Source of the DNA: Burkholderiales bacterium
GTDB taxonomy: Bacteria; Pseudomonadota; Gammaproteobacteria; Burkholderiales; SG8-41
Length of the DNA stretch: 46,737 nucleotides
Assembly: GCA_038106575.1 (NCBI GenBank)
Contig: JAYOED010000004.1
Location: forward strand, 7,458-54,194
Reading direction: 5' to 3'
Shown here: piece after piece, positions 1-10,403 of the stretch
How positions within the stretch are numbered: position 1 is the stretch's first letter
Layout of the letters: each line of letters starts with the position of its first letter
Position numbers and translations under genes: made by a program
The notes under the pieces: generated by a model
Told to the model about the DNA's origin: nothing
The model's database searches: none
Seen by the model: the letters and a program-made list of their open reading frames with translations, nothing else

Positions 1-820
1 GGGTCGCGGCTATGCCTTGTTCGCGCAGTTCTTCGATACTGATTTTTCCGTTCAAGTAATTCCACGCCTGGCGGTAACCGACACAGCGCACGGACGGCGT
101 GTCGGGATCAGGCGCGTATTCGTCCCGCAGCCTGCGCACCTCCTCAACCAGTCCCGCCGACAACATAGCGTCGAAACGCTGTGCGATGCGTTCTTGCAGC
201 ACGGCGCGATCGCCTGGTACCAGCGCGATACGGATTGGCGTGTACGGGAAATAGACGTACTTGGGTTGTTTCAGTAGGTCGGTCATCGACTTGCCGGAGA
301 CATAATAAATTTCCAGTGCGCGCTGGATGCGCTGCGCATCGTTCGGATCGAGTCTTGCCGCGGTTGCGGGGTCAACCTTGCGCAGTTTTCCATGCAGCGC
401 CGGCCACCCTTCCTCTTTGGCCATGGTTTCGATGATCAGCCGTACCGCTGAATCGGCTTCGGGCAGGTCGTTGAGGCCCTCAACCAGTGACTTGAAATAG
501 AGCATGGTGCCGCCGACCAGCAGCGGAATGTTGCCGCGTTCGGTGATTTCGCGCATCAGCGCCAGCGCGTCATTGCGAAATCGCGCTGTCGAGTAGCTTT
601 CGTGCGGTTCGATAATGTTGATCAGATGGTGGGGGGCTCTTTTCAGGGTTTCCGCATCGGGCTTGGCAGTGCCGATATCCATGTCCTTGTAGATCTGTGC
701 CGAGTCGACGCTGATGATTTCACAGGGCAGCGTAGTGGCGAGCTGTATCGCCACCGCGGTCTTGCCGCTGGCGGTAGGGCCCATCAGCAGGATGGCAGGA
801 GGTTGTACCGGGGGAGACAT
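1..820 (-). CDS. miaA: tRNA dimethylallyltransferase (3' end runs off the window; missing from ORF track)
   Basis: Manual translation from ATG at 820: MSPPVQPPAILLMGPTASGKT...IISVDSAQIYKDMDIGTAKP...HHLINI. P-loop and DSxQxY..DIGTAKP motifs; directly downstream of mutL. Confidence 0.97.
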   Translation of the reverse strand, partial: MSPPVQPPAILLMGPTASGKTAVAIQLATTLPCEIISVDSAQIYKDMDIGTAKPDAETLKRAPHHLINIIEPHESYSTARFRNDALALMREITERGNIPLLVGGTMLYFKSLVEGLNDLPEADSAVRLIIETMAKEEGWPALHGKLRKVDPATAARLDPNDAQRIQRALEIYYVSGKSMTDLLKQPKYVYFPYTPIRIALVPGDRAVLQERIAQRFDAMLSAGLVEEVRRLRDEYAPDPDTPSVRCVGYRQAWNYLNGKISIEELREQGIAAT

Positions 821-847
821 AAAATAATAATATAAAACAACAGGTTA

Positions 848-2608
848 TCATTCGCCGCGGCGGAACCATTTATCGAGTTCACGCACCGGCAGCGGATGCC
901 AGGTCGGCCGGCCGTGATTGCACTGGCCCGAGCGTTCGGTGGCTTCCATGTCGCGAAGTAGTGCGTTCATTTCCGAAACGGTCAGCTTGCGGTTGGCGCG
1001 TACCGCGGAATGACAGGCCATTGCACTGAGAAGTTCATTGCGACGTTCGGTGGCAATGCGGCTGCCGCCGTATTCCCGGACTTCGTGCAGTACGGACAAA
1101 GTCAGCGCCTTCACGTCGGCGTCGGCCAGCAGCGCTGGCACCGCGCGCACGTTCAATGCCCCGGGGCCGGCAGGAGCGATGTCAAACCCCAGATCGCGCA
1201 GCGCATCGTGTTCGTCCTCTGCAGTGGCGACGTCGAGCGCCTCGGCGGCGAAATGAACCGGCACCAGCAACGGCTGCATCGGTATCGTGCGATCATCCAG
1301 CGCGGATTTGAGTTTTTCGTAAATGATGCGTTCATGCGCGGCATGCATATCGACGATGATCAGGCCGTCGCTGTTTTCGGAGAGGATGTAAATGCCGGCC
1401 AGTTGCGCCAGCGCAAAGCCCAGCGGATTATCGCCACCGGATGGTGGCAATGCCGGCGCCGTATGCGGTTCATTTGCAGCCCGCGGCGCAAACATCGTGG
1501 CATAGGCGGTTGCGGGCTGCGCGATACCCAGCGGCATGGCGTACTGGGTGCGGAAATGCGAAGCGGGCGTGGGAATGGCACTCGCGGTGGCAGCCACAGC
1601 CGATACCGGCGTCGCGGCACCGGCGGAGGCCGACAATGCCTTGTGTAAGGCGTGAAAAATGAACTGGTGTACGGCGCGCGAATCCCGAAAACGCACTTCG
1701 GCCTTGGCTGGATGGACATTGACATCAACCAGTTGCGGGTCGATGTCGAGAAACAGTATGTAAGCTGGGTGACGGTCATGGTGCAGTACGTCGGCGTAGG
1801 CCTGGCGTATGGCGTGCGCCACCAGCTTGTCGCGTATGCAGCGGCCGTTGACGAAAAAATACTGGGCATCACGTGTACTTCGGGCATGCGCAGGAGAGCT
1901 GATGGCGCCCCGCAGCGCGATCGGTCCTCCAGTTTCTTCGACTGCCAATGCACCGGCGCCGAATTCTTCACCGAGCACGGCGGAGATGCGTGCCGCCAAA
2001 GGCTGCGGTTTCAGCTGATAGCGAGCACGGTTGTTGTGCGTCAGAGCGAAAGCGACGTCGGGTCGCGATAGCGCGATACGGCGGAAGGCTTCTTCGCAGT
2101 GCGCGAATTCGGTCGGTTCGGACTTGAGGAATTTCCGCCGTGCCGGGGTATTGAAATACAGCTCACGCACTTCGATGCGGGTGCCACGCGGCAATGTCGC
2201 CGGTTCAGCTTTGCCCAGCGCGGGGCCTTCGCTAGCAATGCGCCAGCCATGGCGGTCATTAGAGCGGCGGCTGGTCAGTGCGAGACGCGAAACCGAGGCG
2301 ATGCTGGCCAGGGCTTCGCCACGAAAACCGAAGCTGCCGACGTGTTCGAGATCGTCTAGCGAGGCAATTTTGCTGGTGGCGTGGCGCGCCAGCGCCAGCG
2401 GTAGTTCCTCGCGGGTGATGCCGCCGCCGTCGTCACTGACCGTGATCTGCTTGATGCCACCGCCGGCCAACTCGACGATGACGGCCTGCGCGCCAGCATC
2501 GAGGCTGTTTTCCAGCAGCTCCTTGAGCGCCGAAGCCGGGCGTTCGATGACTTCGCCCGCGGCGATCTGGTTGATCAGAAGTTCGGGAAGAACGCGGATC
2601 GCTGACAT
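848..2608 (-). CDS. mutL: DNA mismatch repair endonuclease MutL
   Basis: NQIAAGEVIERPASALKELLENSLDAGA, GFRGEAL, and C-terminal DMHAAHERIIYE / ACH / CNHGRP endonuclease motifs. ATG at 2608 (MSAIRVL) preferred over the track start at 2695. Confidence 0.98.
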   Translation of the reverse strand: MSAIRVLPELLINQIAAGEVIERPASALKELLENSLDAGAQAVIVELAGGGIKQITVSDDGGGITREELPLALARHATSKIASLDDLEHVGSFGFRGEALASIASVSRLALTSRRSNDRHGWRIASEGPALGKAEPATLPRGTRIEVRELYFNTPARRKFLKSEPTEFAHCEEAFRRIALSRPDVAFALTHNNRARYQLKPQPLAARISAVLGEEFGAGALAVEETGGPIALRGAISSPAHARSTRDAQYFFVNGRCIRDKLVAHAIRQAYADVLHHDRHPAYILFLDIDPQLVDVNVHPAKAEVRFRDSRAVHQFIFHALHKALSASAGAATPVSAVAATASAIPTPASHFRTQYAMPLGIAQPATAYATMFAPRAANEPHTAPALPPSGGDNPLGFALAQLAGIYILSENSDGLIIVDMHAAHERIIYEKLKSALDDRTIPMQPLLVPVHFAAEALDVATAEDEHDALRDLGFDIAPAGPGALNVRAVPALLADADVKALTLSVLHEVREYGGSRIATERRNELLSAMACHSAVRANRKLTVSEMNALLRDMEATERSGQCNHGRPTWHPLPVRELDKWFRRGE

Positions 2609-2814
2609 GAGGGAATTATAAGCGTTGGGAGTACGGTTATAGGCCGTTTGCATCAAGGCATAAATACCAATCGGAAAAACCGTGTCGCGTGACAAGGGCG
2701 CCGCGGAGTTTTGTCTTATAATCAGGCAGCATTGCGCGCAGCCAAAGTGCCGTTTCCCACAGCCCGGTTCAACAGTCTAACCTTCAAATATTAAGTGCAA
2801 CAAAAGGGGAGTAC

Positions 2815-4401
2815 ATGCCTCAGATCATAGGTGTGCCAAAAGAAACGGTAGCGGGGGAAAAGCGCGTAGCGACTGTTCCCGAAGTCGTCGAGAAGCTGAT
2901 CAAACTCGGTTTCAAGGTTCGTGTCGAGTCCGGCGCAGGCGATGCCGCCAACGTTAGTGACGATGCCTATCGTGCGGCGGGAGCCGAAGTGGCTGCCAAC
3001 GCCCCGGAACTGTGGTCCGGTTCGGATATCGTATTCAAGGTGAGTGTGCCCACTTCAGCGGAAGTCGGTCTGCTGCGCGAAGGCGGCACGCTGATCGGTT
3101 TCATCTGGCCGGCGCAGAATCCGGAGTTAATGCAGCAGCTCGCTGCAAAAAAAGCCACCGTGCTGGCCATCGACTCGTTGCCACGCCAACTCTCTCGCGC
3201 GCAGAAAATGGATGCACTGACGTCGCAGGCCGGCGTTGCGGGTTATCGCGCCGTCATCGAAGCCGCCAACGCCTTCGGCCGTTTTTTCAACGGTCAGATT
3301 ACCGCCGCGGGCAAGCTGCCGCCGGCCAAGATATTCATCGCCGGTGCCGGCGTTGCCGGCCTTGCCGCGATCGGCACTGCAGCTGGGCTCGGCGCTATCG
3401 TTCGCGCCAACGACACCCGTGCCGAAGTCGCTGACCAGGTGGTGTCGCTGGGTGGTGAGTTCGTCAAGGTGGATTACGAGGAAGAAGGATCGGGCGGCGG
3501 TGGTTACGCCAAGGTCATGAGTGAGGGTTTCCAGCAGGCGCAGCGCGAAATGTATGCGCAGCAGGCACGCGAGGTGGACATCATCATCACCACCGCGCTG
3601 ATTCCCGGTAAACCTGCGCCTCGCCTGATCACCGCCGAGATGGTGAAGTCGATGAAACCCGGCAGTGTCATTGTCGACATGGCGGCCGAGCGTGGCGGCA
3701 ACTGCGAGCTGACCGAACCCGGGCAGGCTGTGGTGAAACATGGGGTAACCATCATCGGCTATACCGATCTCAACTCGCGTCTGGCCAAGCAGTCGAGCAG
3801 CCTTTACTCGACCAATCTGTTTCGCCTGACTGAAGAGTTGTGCAAGACCAAGGACGGCGTGATCAACGTCAACATGGAAGACGACGCCATCCGCGGCCTG
3901 ACTGTAATCAAGGGCGGTGGTATCACTTGGCCGCCGCCCCCGATCAAAATGCCTGCTCCGCCGACAAAGCCAGTTGCGGCGGCCAAGCCGGCAGAAAAGA
4001 AGGGCCACGGTCACGATGCTGGAGGACAGATGCCGGTGAAAACGCTGGCAGTGGTGTTCGGCTTGGGCGCGCTGGCTTTCTGGTTCCTCGGGGCCTACGC
4101 ACCTGCGGCTTTCCTTGGACACTTCACGGTGTTTGTGCTGGCCTGTTTTGTGGGCTACATGGTGGTGTGGAACGTGACGCCTGCATTGCATACGCCTCTG
4201 ATGAGCGTGACCAATGCGATCAGCAGCATCATCTGCATCGGTACTCTGGTGCAAGTGGCGCCACCGGTGGCGGAGATGGCGGGTTCGCGCCCGGGGTCAT
4301 GGATATTGGGACTGGCTGTGGCCGGTATCGTGCTGACAACAATCAACATGTTCGGCGGCTTCGCGGTGACGCGACGCATGCTTGACATGTTCAGGAAGTA
4401 G
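2815..4401 (+). CDS. pntA: NAD(P) transhydrogenase alpha subunit
   Basis: [39 protein letters not shown], and membrane tail [17 protein letters not shown]. Confidence 0.97.
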   Translation: MPQIIGVPKETVAGEKRVATVPEVVEKLIKLGFKVRVESGAGDAANVSDDAYRAAGAEVAANAPELWSGSDIVFKVSVPTSAEVGLLREGGTLIGFIWPAQNPELMQQLAAKKATVLAIDSLPRQLSRAQKMDALTSQAGVAGYRAVIEAANAFGRFFNGQITAAGKLPPAKIFIAGAGVAGLAAIGTAAGLGAIVRANDTRAEVADQVVSLGGEFVKVDYEEEGSGGGGYAKVMSEGFQQAQREMYAQQAREVDIIITTALIPGKPAPRLITAEMVKSMKPGSVIVDMAAERGGNCELTEPGQAVVKHGVTIIGYTDLNSRLAKQSSSLYSTNLFRLTEELCKTKDGVINVNMEDDAIRGLTVIKGGGITWPPPPIKMPAPPTKPVAAAKPAEKKGHGHDAGGQMPVKTLAVVFGLGALAFWFLGAYAPAAFLGHFTVFVLACFVGYMVVWNVTPALHTPLMSVTNAISSIICIGTLVQVAPPVAEMAGSRPGSWILGLAVAGIVLTTINMFGGFAVTRRMLDMFRK

Positions 4402-4411
4402 GAGGCCGATG

Positions 4412-5827
4412 ATGTCATTCAGCCTCGTTACGGTCGCCTACATCGGCGCCACCATCCTGTTCATCCTCAGTCTCGGCGGCTTGTCGCATCCCGAAACCTC
4501 CCGCCGCGGCAACCTCTATGGCATCATCGGCATGACCATCGCCGTTCTGGCCACGGTCTTCGGGCCGCAGGTGACCGCCGAGGGTTACGCTTGGATCGTC
4601 GCGGCCATGGTGGTCGGTGGGTCGGTCGGGCTCTATGCCGCTCGTACCGTCAAAATGACCCAGATGCCTGAACTGGTCGCGCTAATGCACAGCCTGGTCG
4701 GTCTGGCCGCAGCACTGGTCGGCTTTGCCACCTACATTGATCCGGCCGCCACTGCGGGCATGCAGGGTGCGGAAAAGGTCATACACGAAGTGGAGATTTA
4801 TGTCGGTATCCTGATCGGACTGGTGACGTTCTCCGGCTCGGTCATTGCTTTCGGCAAGCTGTCTGGCAAGATCGGCGGCAAGCCGATGCTGCTACCCGGG
4901 CGGCACTGGCTAAATCTCGCCGGCCTGCTGATCGTGATTTACTTCGGTGCACAGTTCATCAAGGCTGGCTCTGTCGAAGCCGGCATGGTGCCCTTGATCG
5001 TGATGGCGGTAATTTCACTGCTGTTCGGCGTGCACATGGTAATGGCCATTGGCGGTGCCGACATGCCCGTCGTGGTGTCGATGCTCAACAGCTACTCGGG
5101 ATGGGCGGCTGCAGCGACCGGATTCATGCTTTCAAATGACCTTCTGATTGTCACCGGTGCGCTAGTGGGTTCCAGCGGTGCGATCCTGTCCTACATCATG
5201 TGCCGGGCCATGAATCGCCACTTTATCAGCGTGATTGCCGGCGGTTTCGGTACCGGCGGCGGCGCGCCTTCAGCCAAGGCGGGCGAGCAACCGCCCGGCG
5301 AAGCTGTTCCGGTCAGCGCCGCCGAAACGGCGGAGATGCTGCGCGAGGCGAAGAACGTGATCATTGTGCCCGGCTACGGTATGGCGGTCGCGCAGGCGCA
5401 GCACACGGTGTTCGAGATTACGAAACTGCTGCGCGAGAAGGGTGTCAATGTGCGTTTCGGCATCCATCCGGTTGCCGGGCGTATGCCGGGGCACATGAAC
5501 GTGCTGCTGGCGGAGGCCAAGGTGCCCTATGACATCGTCATGGAAATGGATGAGCTGAACGAAGACTTTCCGGACACAGACGTTGCGATGGTCATCGGTG
5601 CCAATGACATCGTCAATCCGGCGGCGCAGGATGATCCGGCGAGTCCTATCGCTGGCATGCCGGTGCTGGAAGTGTGGAAAGCGAAAACATCGGTGGTAAT
5701 GAAGCGTAGCATGGCCTCGGGTTACGCGGGAGTTGATAACCCACTGTTTTACAAAGAAAATAATCGCATGCTGTTCGGCGATGCCAAGAAGATGCTGGAC
5801 GAAGTGATGGCCGTTCTGAAGTCATAA
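4412..5827 (+). CDS. pntB: NAD(P) transhydrogenase beta subunit
   Basis: [71 protein letters not shown] at 4401-4405. Confidence 0.97.
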   Translation: MSFSLVTVAYIGATILFILSLGGLSHPETSRRGNLYGIIGMTIAVLATVFGPQVTAEGYAWIVAAMVVGGSVGLYAARTVKMTQMPELVALMHSLVGLAAALVGFATYIDPAATAGMQGAEKVIHEVEIYVGILIGLVTFSGSVIAFGKLSGKIGGKPMLLPGRHWLNLAGLLIVIYFGAQFIKAGSVEAGMVPLIVMAVISLLFGVHMVMAIGGADMPVVVSMLNSYSGWAAAATGFMLSNDLLIVTGALVGSSGAILSYIMCRAMNRHFISVIAGGFGTGGGAPSAKAGEQPPGEAVPVSAAETAEMLREAKNVIIVPGYGMAVAQAQHTVFEITKLLREKGVNVRFGIHPVAGRMPGHMNVLLAEAKVPYDIVMEMDELNEDFPDTDVAMVIGANDIVNPAAQDDPASPIAGMPVLEVWKAKTSVVMKRSMASGYAGVDNPLFYKENNRMLFGDAKKMLDEVMAVLKS

Positions 5828-6081
5828 CCATGCAAAGTAGCGTGTGATGAAAAATCTGCTGATTGCGCTGTCGTTATCGCTGGTTTACGGTTTTGCGGCT
5901 GCCGCCAAAGGTGGTTAGTCTGCTCGGGGAATGAAGGCGGACGCCGCTGCCGCGAAATCTGCCTCGGTTATCGTGCAGGGCGTATCAGCGCGGGCTAAAC
6001 GCGGCGTGAATGCCTGAAATAGGAAACCAACAAGGCCTTCATGTCTGTGACGAAAAATATCGTTAAGGTTGTTTGGAGAAC

Positions 6082-6111
6082 AAAAGGGCCGCTGATGGCG
6101 GCCCTTTTTTT
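6082..6111. terminator. Intrinsic (probably bidirectional) terminator between pntAB and the convergent DUF3047 gene
   Basis: AAAAGGGCCGC-tgatg-GCGGCCCTTTTTTT: GC stem with an A-tract before and a T-tract after. Confidence 0.85.
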
Positions 6112-6132
6112 ATGAAGACCCCAGTAATTACT

Positions 6133-6900
6133 TTACTGCGTGGCTGCTTTCCCGGGTTGTTCGGACACGCCGAGAAACCGGATGTTGCCGTACCAGGCCT
6201 GCGTCTGCTCTCCGGTGTTGTCGGTATCGGTCATGATGCCTATCGCGGTAATGCGTCCCGGTTCCTCGCTGAAGGCGCGGCGGAAATCCTCGACCACGTT
6301 GCGGCGGACATGCTGCCAGATGCCCAGGTTGTCAGGCCCGGATTCAGCGACGATCATCCTGATGCGGGAAGTGTGCATGTTGAGGATTACGGTGTCGCGC
6401 GGCGCCCTGTTTTCCCAGATGTACATCAATGTGGCGTATGGTAGTTGCTGTCCGCTCAGTAGGTGGATGCCGGCGAAAAATAGACGCTCCTGCGCCGGCA
6501 TACTTTCGAGATCGCCATCAAAACTGACCACCAGTCGTACCGGAGAATCCTCAAGGTGTTTTTTGGTGTTGTCGGCTCTGGAGATAGGCTTGTCGATTTT
6601 CCAGCTCCAGTCGAGCAGCGGCTGTTTTCGGGGATCCAGCGACAACGGATGAATCAATCCCGATGCGGAGGAGCTGGCATTGGCATGGACGACGGTGATA
6701 CCGTTTTCACGGACCAGTCGGTACTCGGTAGGACGCTTGAATCCAGACAGTATCCACGGTTCCCAGCCCGGCGGCAGCTTTGCCCCCGGCGCATGACCCG
6801 AGAAGCTGCGAATTTGTCCAGGTAGCTGATCATGCGGCAACTGTGTGCAACCTGCCGCAAGCAGCAGAACGCCAGCTGCGATGCTCCAGTTCCTGATCAT
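6133..6900 (-). CDS. DUF3047 family lipoprotein
   Basis: Lipobox LAAGC; family-typical LxWxWK, YATLMYIW, RNVVEDFRRAF.EEPG and IMTDTDNT motifs. Confidence 0.8.
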   Translation of the reverse strand: MIRNWSIAAGVLLLAAGCTQLPHDQLPGQIRSFSGHAPGAKLPPGWEPWILSGFKRPTEYRLVRENGITVVHANASSSASGLIHPLSLDPRKQPLLDWSWKIDKPISRADNTKKHLEDSPVRLVVSFDGDLESMPAQERLFFAGIHLLSGQQLPYATLMYIWENRAPRDTVILNMHTSRIRMIVAESGPDNLGIWQHVRRNVVEDFRRAFSEEPGRITAIGIMTDTDNTGEQTQAWYGNIRFLGVSEQPGKAATQ

Positions 6901-6985
6901 GAATTCTCCGGATCGTGCGCGTGATTAAACCTTGTTGTAACGCAGATTCTAGGCAATCGCGCGCAGCGGGGCGAGTGCCGGGGGG

Positions 6986-8314
6986 TCAGGGGTTGACGGC
7001 GATCCGCGCCGGGGCGAGCGGCGGATTTTTCGAGAAATAGCGTTTAATGCCGGTGAAAATTGCATCGGCCATCCGGCCCTGATGCTCCGGGCTACGCAGT
7101 TTCAGTTCCTCGTCGGGATTGCTAATGAAGGCGGTCTCGACCAGGATCGACGGGATGTCCGGCGCCTTCAGCACGGCAAATCCGGCCTGCTCGACGTAAT
7201 TCTTATGCAGCGAGTTGATGTTGCTCATTTCGGAGAGCACCGCCTTGGCCAGCTTCAGGCTGTCATTGATTGATGCCGTCTGTGAGAGGTCGAGCAGCGT
7301 CTGCTTCAAATAGGAATCCTTGATCCTGAGGTTGACGCCGCCGATCAGATCGGCATCGTTTTCCTGTTTGGCCAGCCAGCGTGCAGCGGCTGACGTCGCG
7401 CCGCGTTCGGACAGGGTGAAAACCGACGACCCCCTGGCTGAGGGCTTGATGAAGGCGTCAGCATGAACCGACACCAGCAAATCTGCTCTGATGCGCCGGG
7501 CTTTTTCGACACGGGCGCCCAGAGACATGAAGAAGTCTGCGTCGCGCAGCAGCACGGCGCGCATGCCGGGCTCGTTGTCGATGCGTTTCTTCAGTTTGCG
7601 GGAAATTGCGAGCGTGACGTTTTTTTCGAGAGTGCCGCGATGGCCACGTGCTCCCGGATCTTCGCCGCCGTGGCCGGGGTCGATCGCGATCGTGATCAGT
7701 CGCTGCGAGGGCGGGCGATTGGATGGTGCTGCTGGCGTAGGCGCTTCCGGTGCCACGGCCGCAGGTTCGTTGACATTTCCGGAATGGGCCGCTTCATGCT
7801 GTTTCAGGAAGGCCAGCAGCGGATCCGGCGGCTGCGGCGGATAGATATCGAGCACCAGGCGATGGCCGTATTCGCCGATCGGCGGCAGCGCGAAGGCTTC
7901 CGGTTTGACCTGGGTCTTTAGGTCAAAGACCAGACGCACCGTTCCCGGCTTGAAGCGGCCGACACGCACGCCCTTCAGATAGGGGTCCTCGACGCTGATT
8001 TTCCCGGAGATCTCGTTGAGGGTCGCGCTCAGGGCGACATCGTCGATGTCGAGCACCAGCCGGTCCGGATTGTCGATGCTGAAAAACTTGTAGCGGATCG
8101 CCTGCTGCGATTCGATGGTGATCCGTGTGTAGTCCGGTGCCGGCCACACCCGGGTCGAGGTGACCAGTGTATTTGCAGCGTAAGCGGATACGGCGAGGAA
8201 AGCCGCGGAGAGTGCGGACAGCAGCAGCGGAAATACACGGAAACAGCGGGAGAATGACGGCGTTACCGCCGTCAGGCGGATGACGGATTCCAGTCTGTCA
8301 GCTGATCGAAACAA
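6986..8314 (-). CDS. amiC: N-acetylmuramoyl-L-alanine amidase (AMIN + Amidase_3)
   Basis: RVWPAPDYTRITIES AMIN domain, IDPGHGGEDPGA, SVHAD, PSILVETAFISN; follows tsaE. Start codon uncertain (TTG). Confidence 0.93.
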   Translation of the reverse strand: MFRSADRLESVIRLTAVTPSFSRCFRVFPLLLSALSAAFLAVSAYAANTLVTSTRVWPAPDYTRITIESQQAIRYKFFSIDNPDRLVLDIDDVALSATLNEISGKISVEDPYLKGVRVGRFKPGTVRLVFDLKTQVKPEAFALPPIGEYGHRLVLDIYPPQPPDPLLAFLKQHEAAHSGNVNEPAAVAPEAPTPAAPSNRPPSQRLITIAIDPGHGGEDPGARGHRGTLEKNVTLAISRKLKKRIDNEPGMRAVLLRDADFFMSLGARVEKARRIRADLLVSVHADAFIKPSARGSSVFTLSERGATSAAARWLAKQENDADLIGGVNLRIKDSYLKQTLLDLSQTASINDSLKLAKAVLSEMSNINSLHKNYVEQAGFAVLKAPDIPSILVETAFISNPDEELKLRSPEHQGRMADAIFTGIKRYFSKNPPLAPARIAVNP

Positions 8315-8763
8315 CGACTGCCTACCTCCGTGTGCGCTGACAATTCAGCCGTGCGTCCCGCATCGGCAACTCGTAATTCGATTTCCAGATCCGCAGCCGG
8401 CAGGCCGGGGGCTTTTTCCGGCCACTCCACGAGGCATACGGATTCCGGATTGAAATACTCGCGGAAACCGCTTTCCTCAAGTTCCTGTGGATCAAGGAAC
8501 CGATAAAAATCAAAGTGATACAAGTATAACCTAGAAAATTTATAAAGTTCAAGCAGGGTGAAAGTAGGACTTTTGACCCGGCCCTGATAGCCCAGGCCGA
8601 GGAGAATGCCGCGGGCAAGGGTGGTTTTGCCGGCGCCGAGGTCCCCGCGCAGATGGATCACCATACTCGGCTCCAGCAGACCCGCGACGGCGTTGCCGAG
8701 CGCGAGGGTGTCAGCCTCGTCGGAGAGATACAGCTTGCGGCGTTTATGATGCGGGGTATGCAA
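8272..8763 (-). CDS. tsaE: t6A biosynthesis ATPase TsaE
   Basis: GDLGAGKTT, VKSPTFTL, YHFDFYR and LVEWPE motifs. Start uncertain (TTG). Confidence 0.96.
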   Translation of the reverse strand: MHTPHHKRRKLYLSDEADTLALGNAVAGLLEPSMVIHLRGDLGAGKTTLARGILLGLGYQGRVKSPTFTLLELYKFSRLYLYHFDFYRFLDPQELEESGFREYFNPESVCLVEWPEKAPGLPAADLEIELRVADAGRTAELSAHTEVGSRCFDQLTDWNPSSA

Positions 8764-9837
8764 GAGCGTGCGGGCCAGAAAATTGTCGATTGGTCGGGGC
8801 TCCGGCGCGACATCGGCCGCTGGGGAGACGAACTCGGGTTTCAGCAGATCGCCGTTGCCGACTGCGACCTGTCGCAGTCAGAACCGCGTTTGGCTGAATG
8901 GCTTGCCCGCGGCTGGCATGGCGACATGGATTATATGGCACGCCACGGAATGAAGCGCAGCCGTCCCGCCGAACTGGTCTCAGGAACGCTGCGCGTGATC
9001 GTTGCCCGGATTGATTACACGCCGCCCGCGGCGCGCGACAGTTGGGCGGTCATCAACGACAGCGCGCGTGCATTCATCTCGCGCTATGCGACTGGGCGTG
9101 ATTACCACAAGGTGTTGCGCGGTAAGCTGCAGCGGCTGGCAGAGCGGATTGAGCGGGCTGCTGGCGAACATCGTTACCGTGTATTTACCGATAGTGCACC
9201 GGTGATGGAGGTTGCGCTGGCCGAGAAAGCCGGCCTCGGCTGGCGCGGCAAGCACACGCTACTGCTCAACCGCGAAGCCGGTTCGGCATTTTTCCTGGGA
9301 GAGATTTACACCGAGCTGCCGTTGCCGGTCGATGCGCCGCAGACTGAACATTGTGGCACCTGCCGCAAATGCATCGACATCTGTCCGACGCAGGCCATCG
9401 TCGCGCCGTACCAGCTCGATGCACGGCGCTGCATTTCCTACCTAACCATCGAGCTGAAAGGCAGCATACCGGCAGCGCTACGACCGCTGATCGGCAATCG
9501 CGTTTACGGTTGTGATGACTGCCAGCTCGTGTGTCCGTGGAACCGCTTTGCACAGGTCTCTAAAGAGACGGATTTTGCTGTGCGCAACGGCCTGGACGAT
9601 GCGTCACTAGCTGATCTGTTTTCCTGGAATGATGCCGAATTCTCGGCACGGCTGGCCGGAAGCGCGATCCACCGTATTGGTCATGAACGCTGGCTGCGCA
9701 ACCTGGCAGTGGGACTGGGGAATGCGCCGACGTCACCGGAAATCGTCGCAGCACTGCGTGCGCGTGCCGATGATCGGTCGGCAATGGTGCGTGAACATGT
9801 AGCGTGGGCGCTGGGGCGCCACACAGATAAAACTTAG
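8758..9837 (+). CDS. queG: Epoxyqueuosine reductase
   Basis: SRYATGRDYHKV, FTDSAPVME, CGTCRKCIDICPT, RCISYLTIE, GCDDCQLVCPWN. Start uncertain (ATGs at 8746, 8749, 8758). Confidence 0.96.
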   Translation: MQERAGQKIVDWSGLRRDIGRWGDELGFQQIAVADCDLSQSEPRLAEWLARGWHGDMDYMARHGMKRSRPAELVSGTLRVIVARIDYTPPAARDSWAVINDSARAFISRYATGRDYHKVLRGKLQRLAERIERAAGEHRYRVFTDSAPVMEVALAEKAGLGWRGKHTLLLNREAGSAFFLGEIYTELPLPVDAPQTEHCGTCRKCIDICPTQAIVAPYQLDARRCISYLTIELKGSIPAALRPLIGNRVYGCDDCQLVCPWNRFAQVSKETDFAVRNGLDDASLADLFSWNDAEFSARLAGSAIHRIGHERWLRNLAVGLGNAPTSPEIVAALRARADDRSAMVREHVAWALGRHTDKT

Positions 9838-10233
9838 TCAGGCGCTGAGGGTGGTGGTTGGTTCGCCGAAATCAGCGGTGATGATGTCCCATGATTCTTC
9901 CGCGGCGAGATCGGATTTCTGACCCGGGCCTTATTCCGCAGGACGAGCGACGAAGGCGGTGCGCGTGCCGTAGGAACGTGCGGCATCCAGGTTGTTGTTA
10001 TGTGCGGCGACCATCATCACCTAATACGGTTCGCAGCCGAGTAGGCGGATAGCGCCAAGATAAACCTTGGCATCCGGCTCGTAGTGCTGAAAAATCTACA
10101 CGCACAGGATGACGTCCCACGGCATACCGACGGGTTTGTCCATGTTGGCGAGACAGGCGATATCGCCATTGGACAGTGTCGAGATTAGGTATCGCTTTTT
10201 GATTCGTGACAGTCTGGCGGCGGCATCGGGCCT
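9838..10233 (-). pseudogene. Haloacid dehalogenase type II, C-terminal half only, with 3 in-frame stops
   Basis: One frame reads PDAAARLSRIKKRYLISTLSNGDIA...MPWDVILCV*IFQHYEPDAKVYLGA...EPY*VMMVAAHNNNLDAARSYGTRTAFVARPAE*GPGQKSDLAAEESWDII. This matches the HAD-II LSNG / YKPD / VMMVAAH / RP.EYGP pattern. Confidence 0.85.
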
Positions 10234-10375
10234 GACCGACGCCGCGGCGCTGGAAAGCGGGTTTCACGGCAAGCAGTGACAGATGAGCCTTGGTCTCGTC
10301 GAATTCGGCAATTGCGAATCCGGTGAGCGCATTGCGAGCTTCGGCGACCAGCGCGCAGGTTTCCCTGGAGCGCCG
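10230..10375 (-). pseudogene. GNAT (RimI-like) acetyltransferase internal fragment
   Basis: ETCALVAEARNALTGFAIAEFDETKAHLSLLAVKPAFQRRGVGQ contains GNAT motif A (LAV.P.xQRRGxG). No intact start or C-terminus; boundaries approximate. Confidence 0.7.
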
Positions 10376-10403
10376 GTGAATTGCGGTTCCCTGGCATACA
10401 ATC

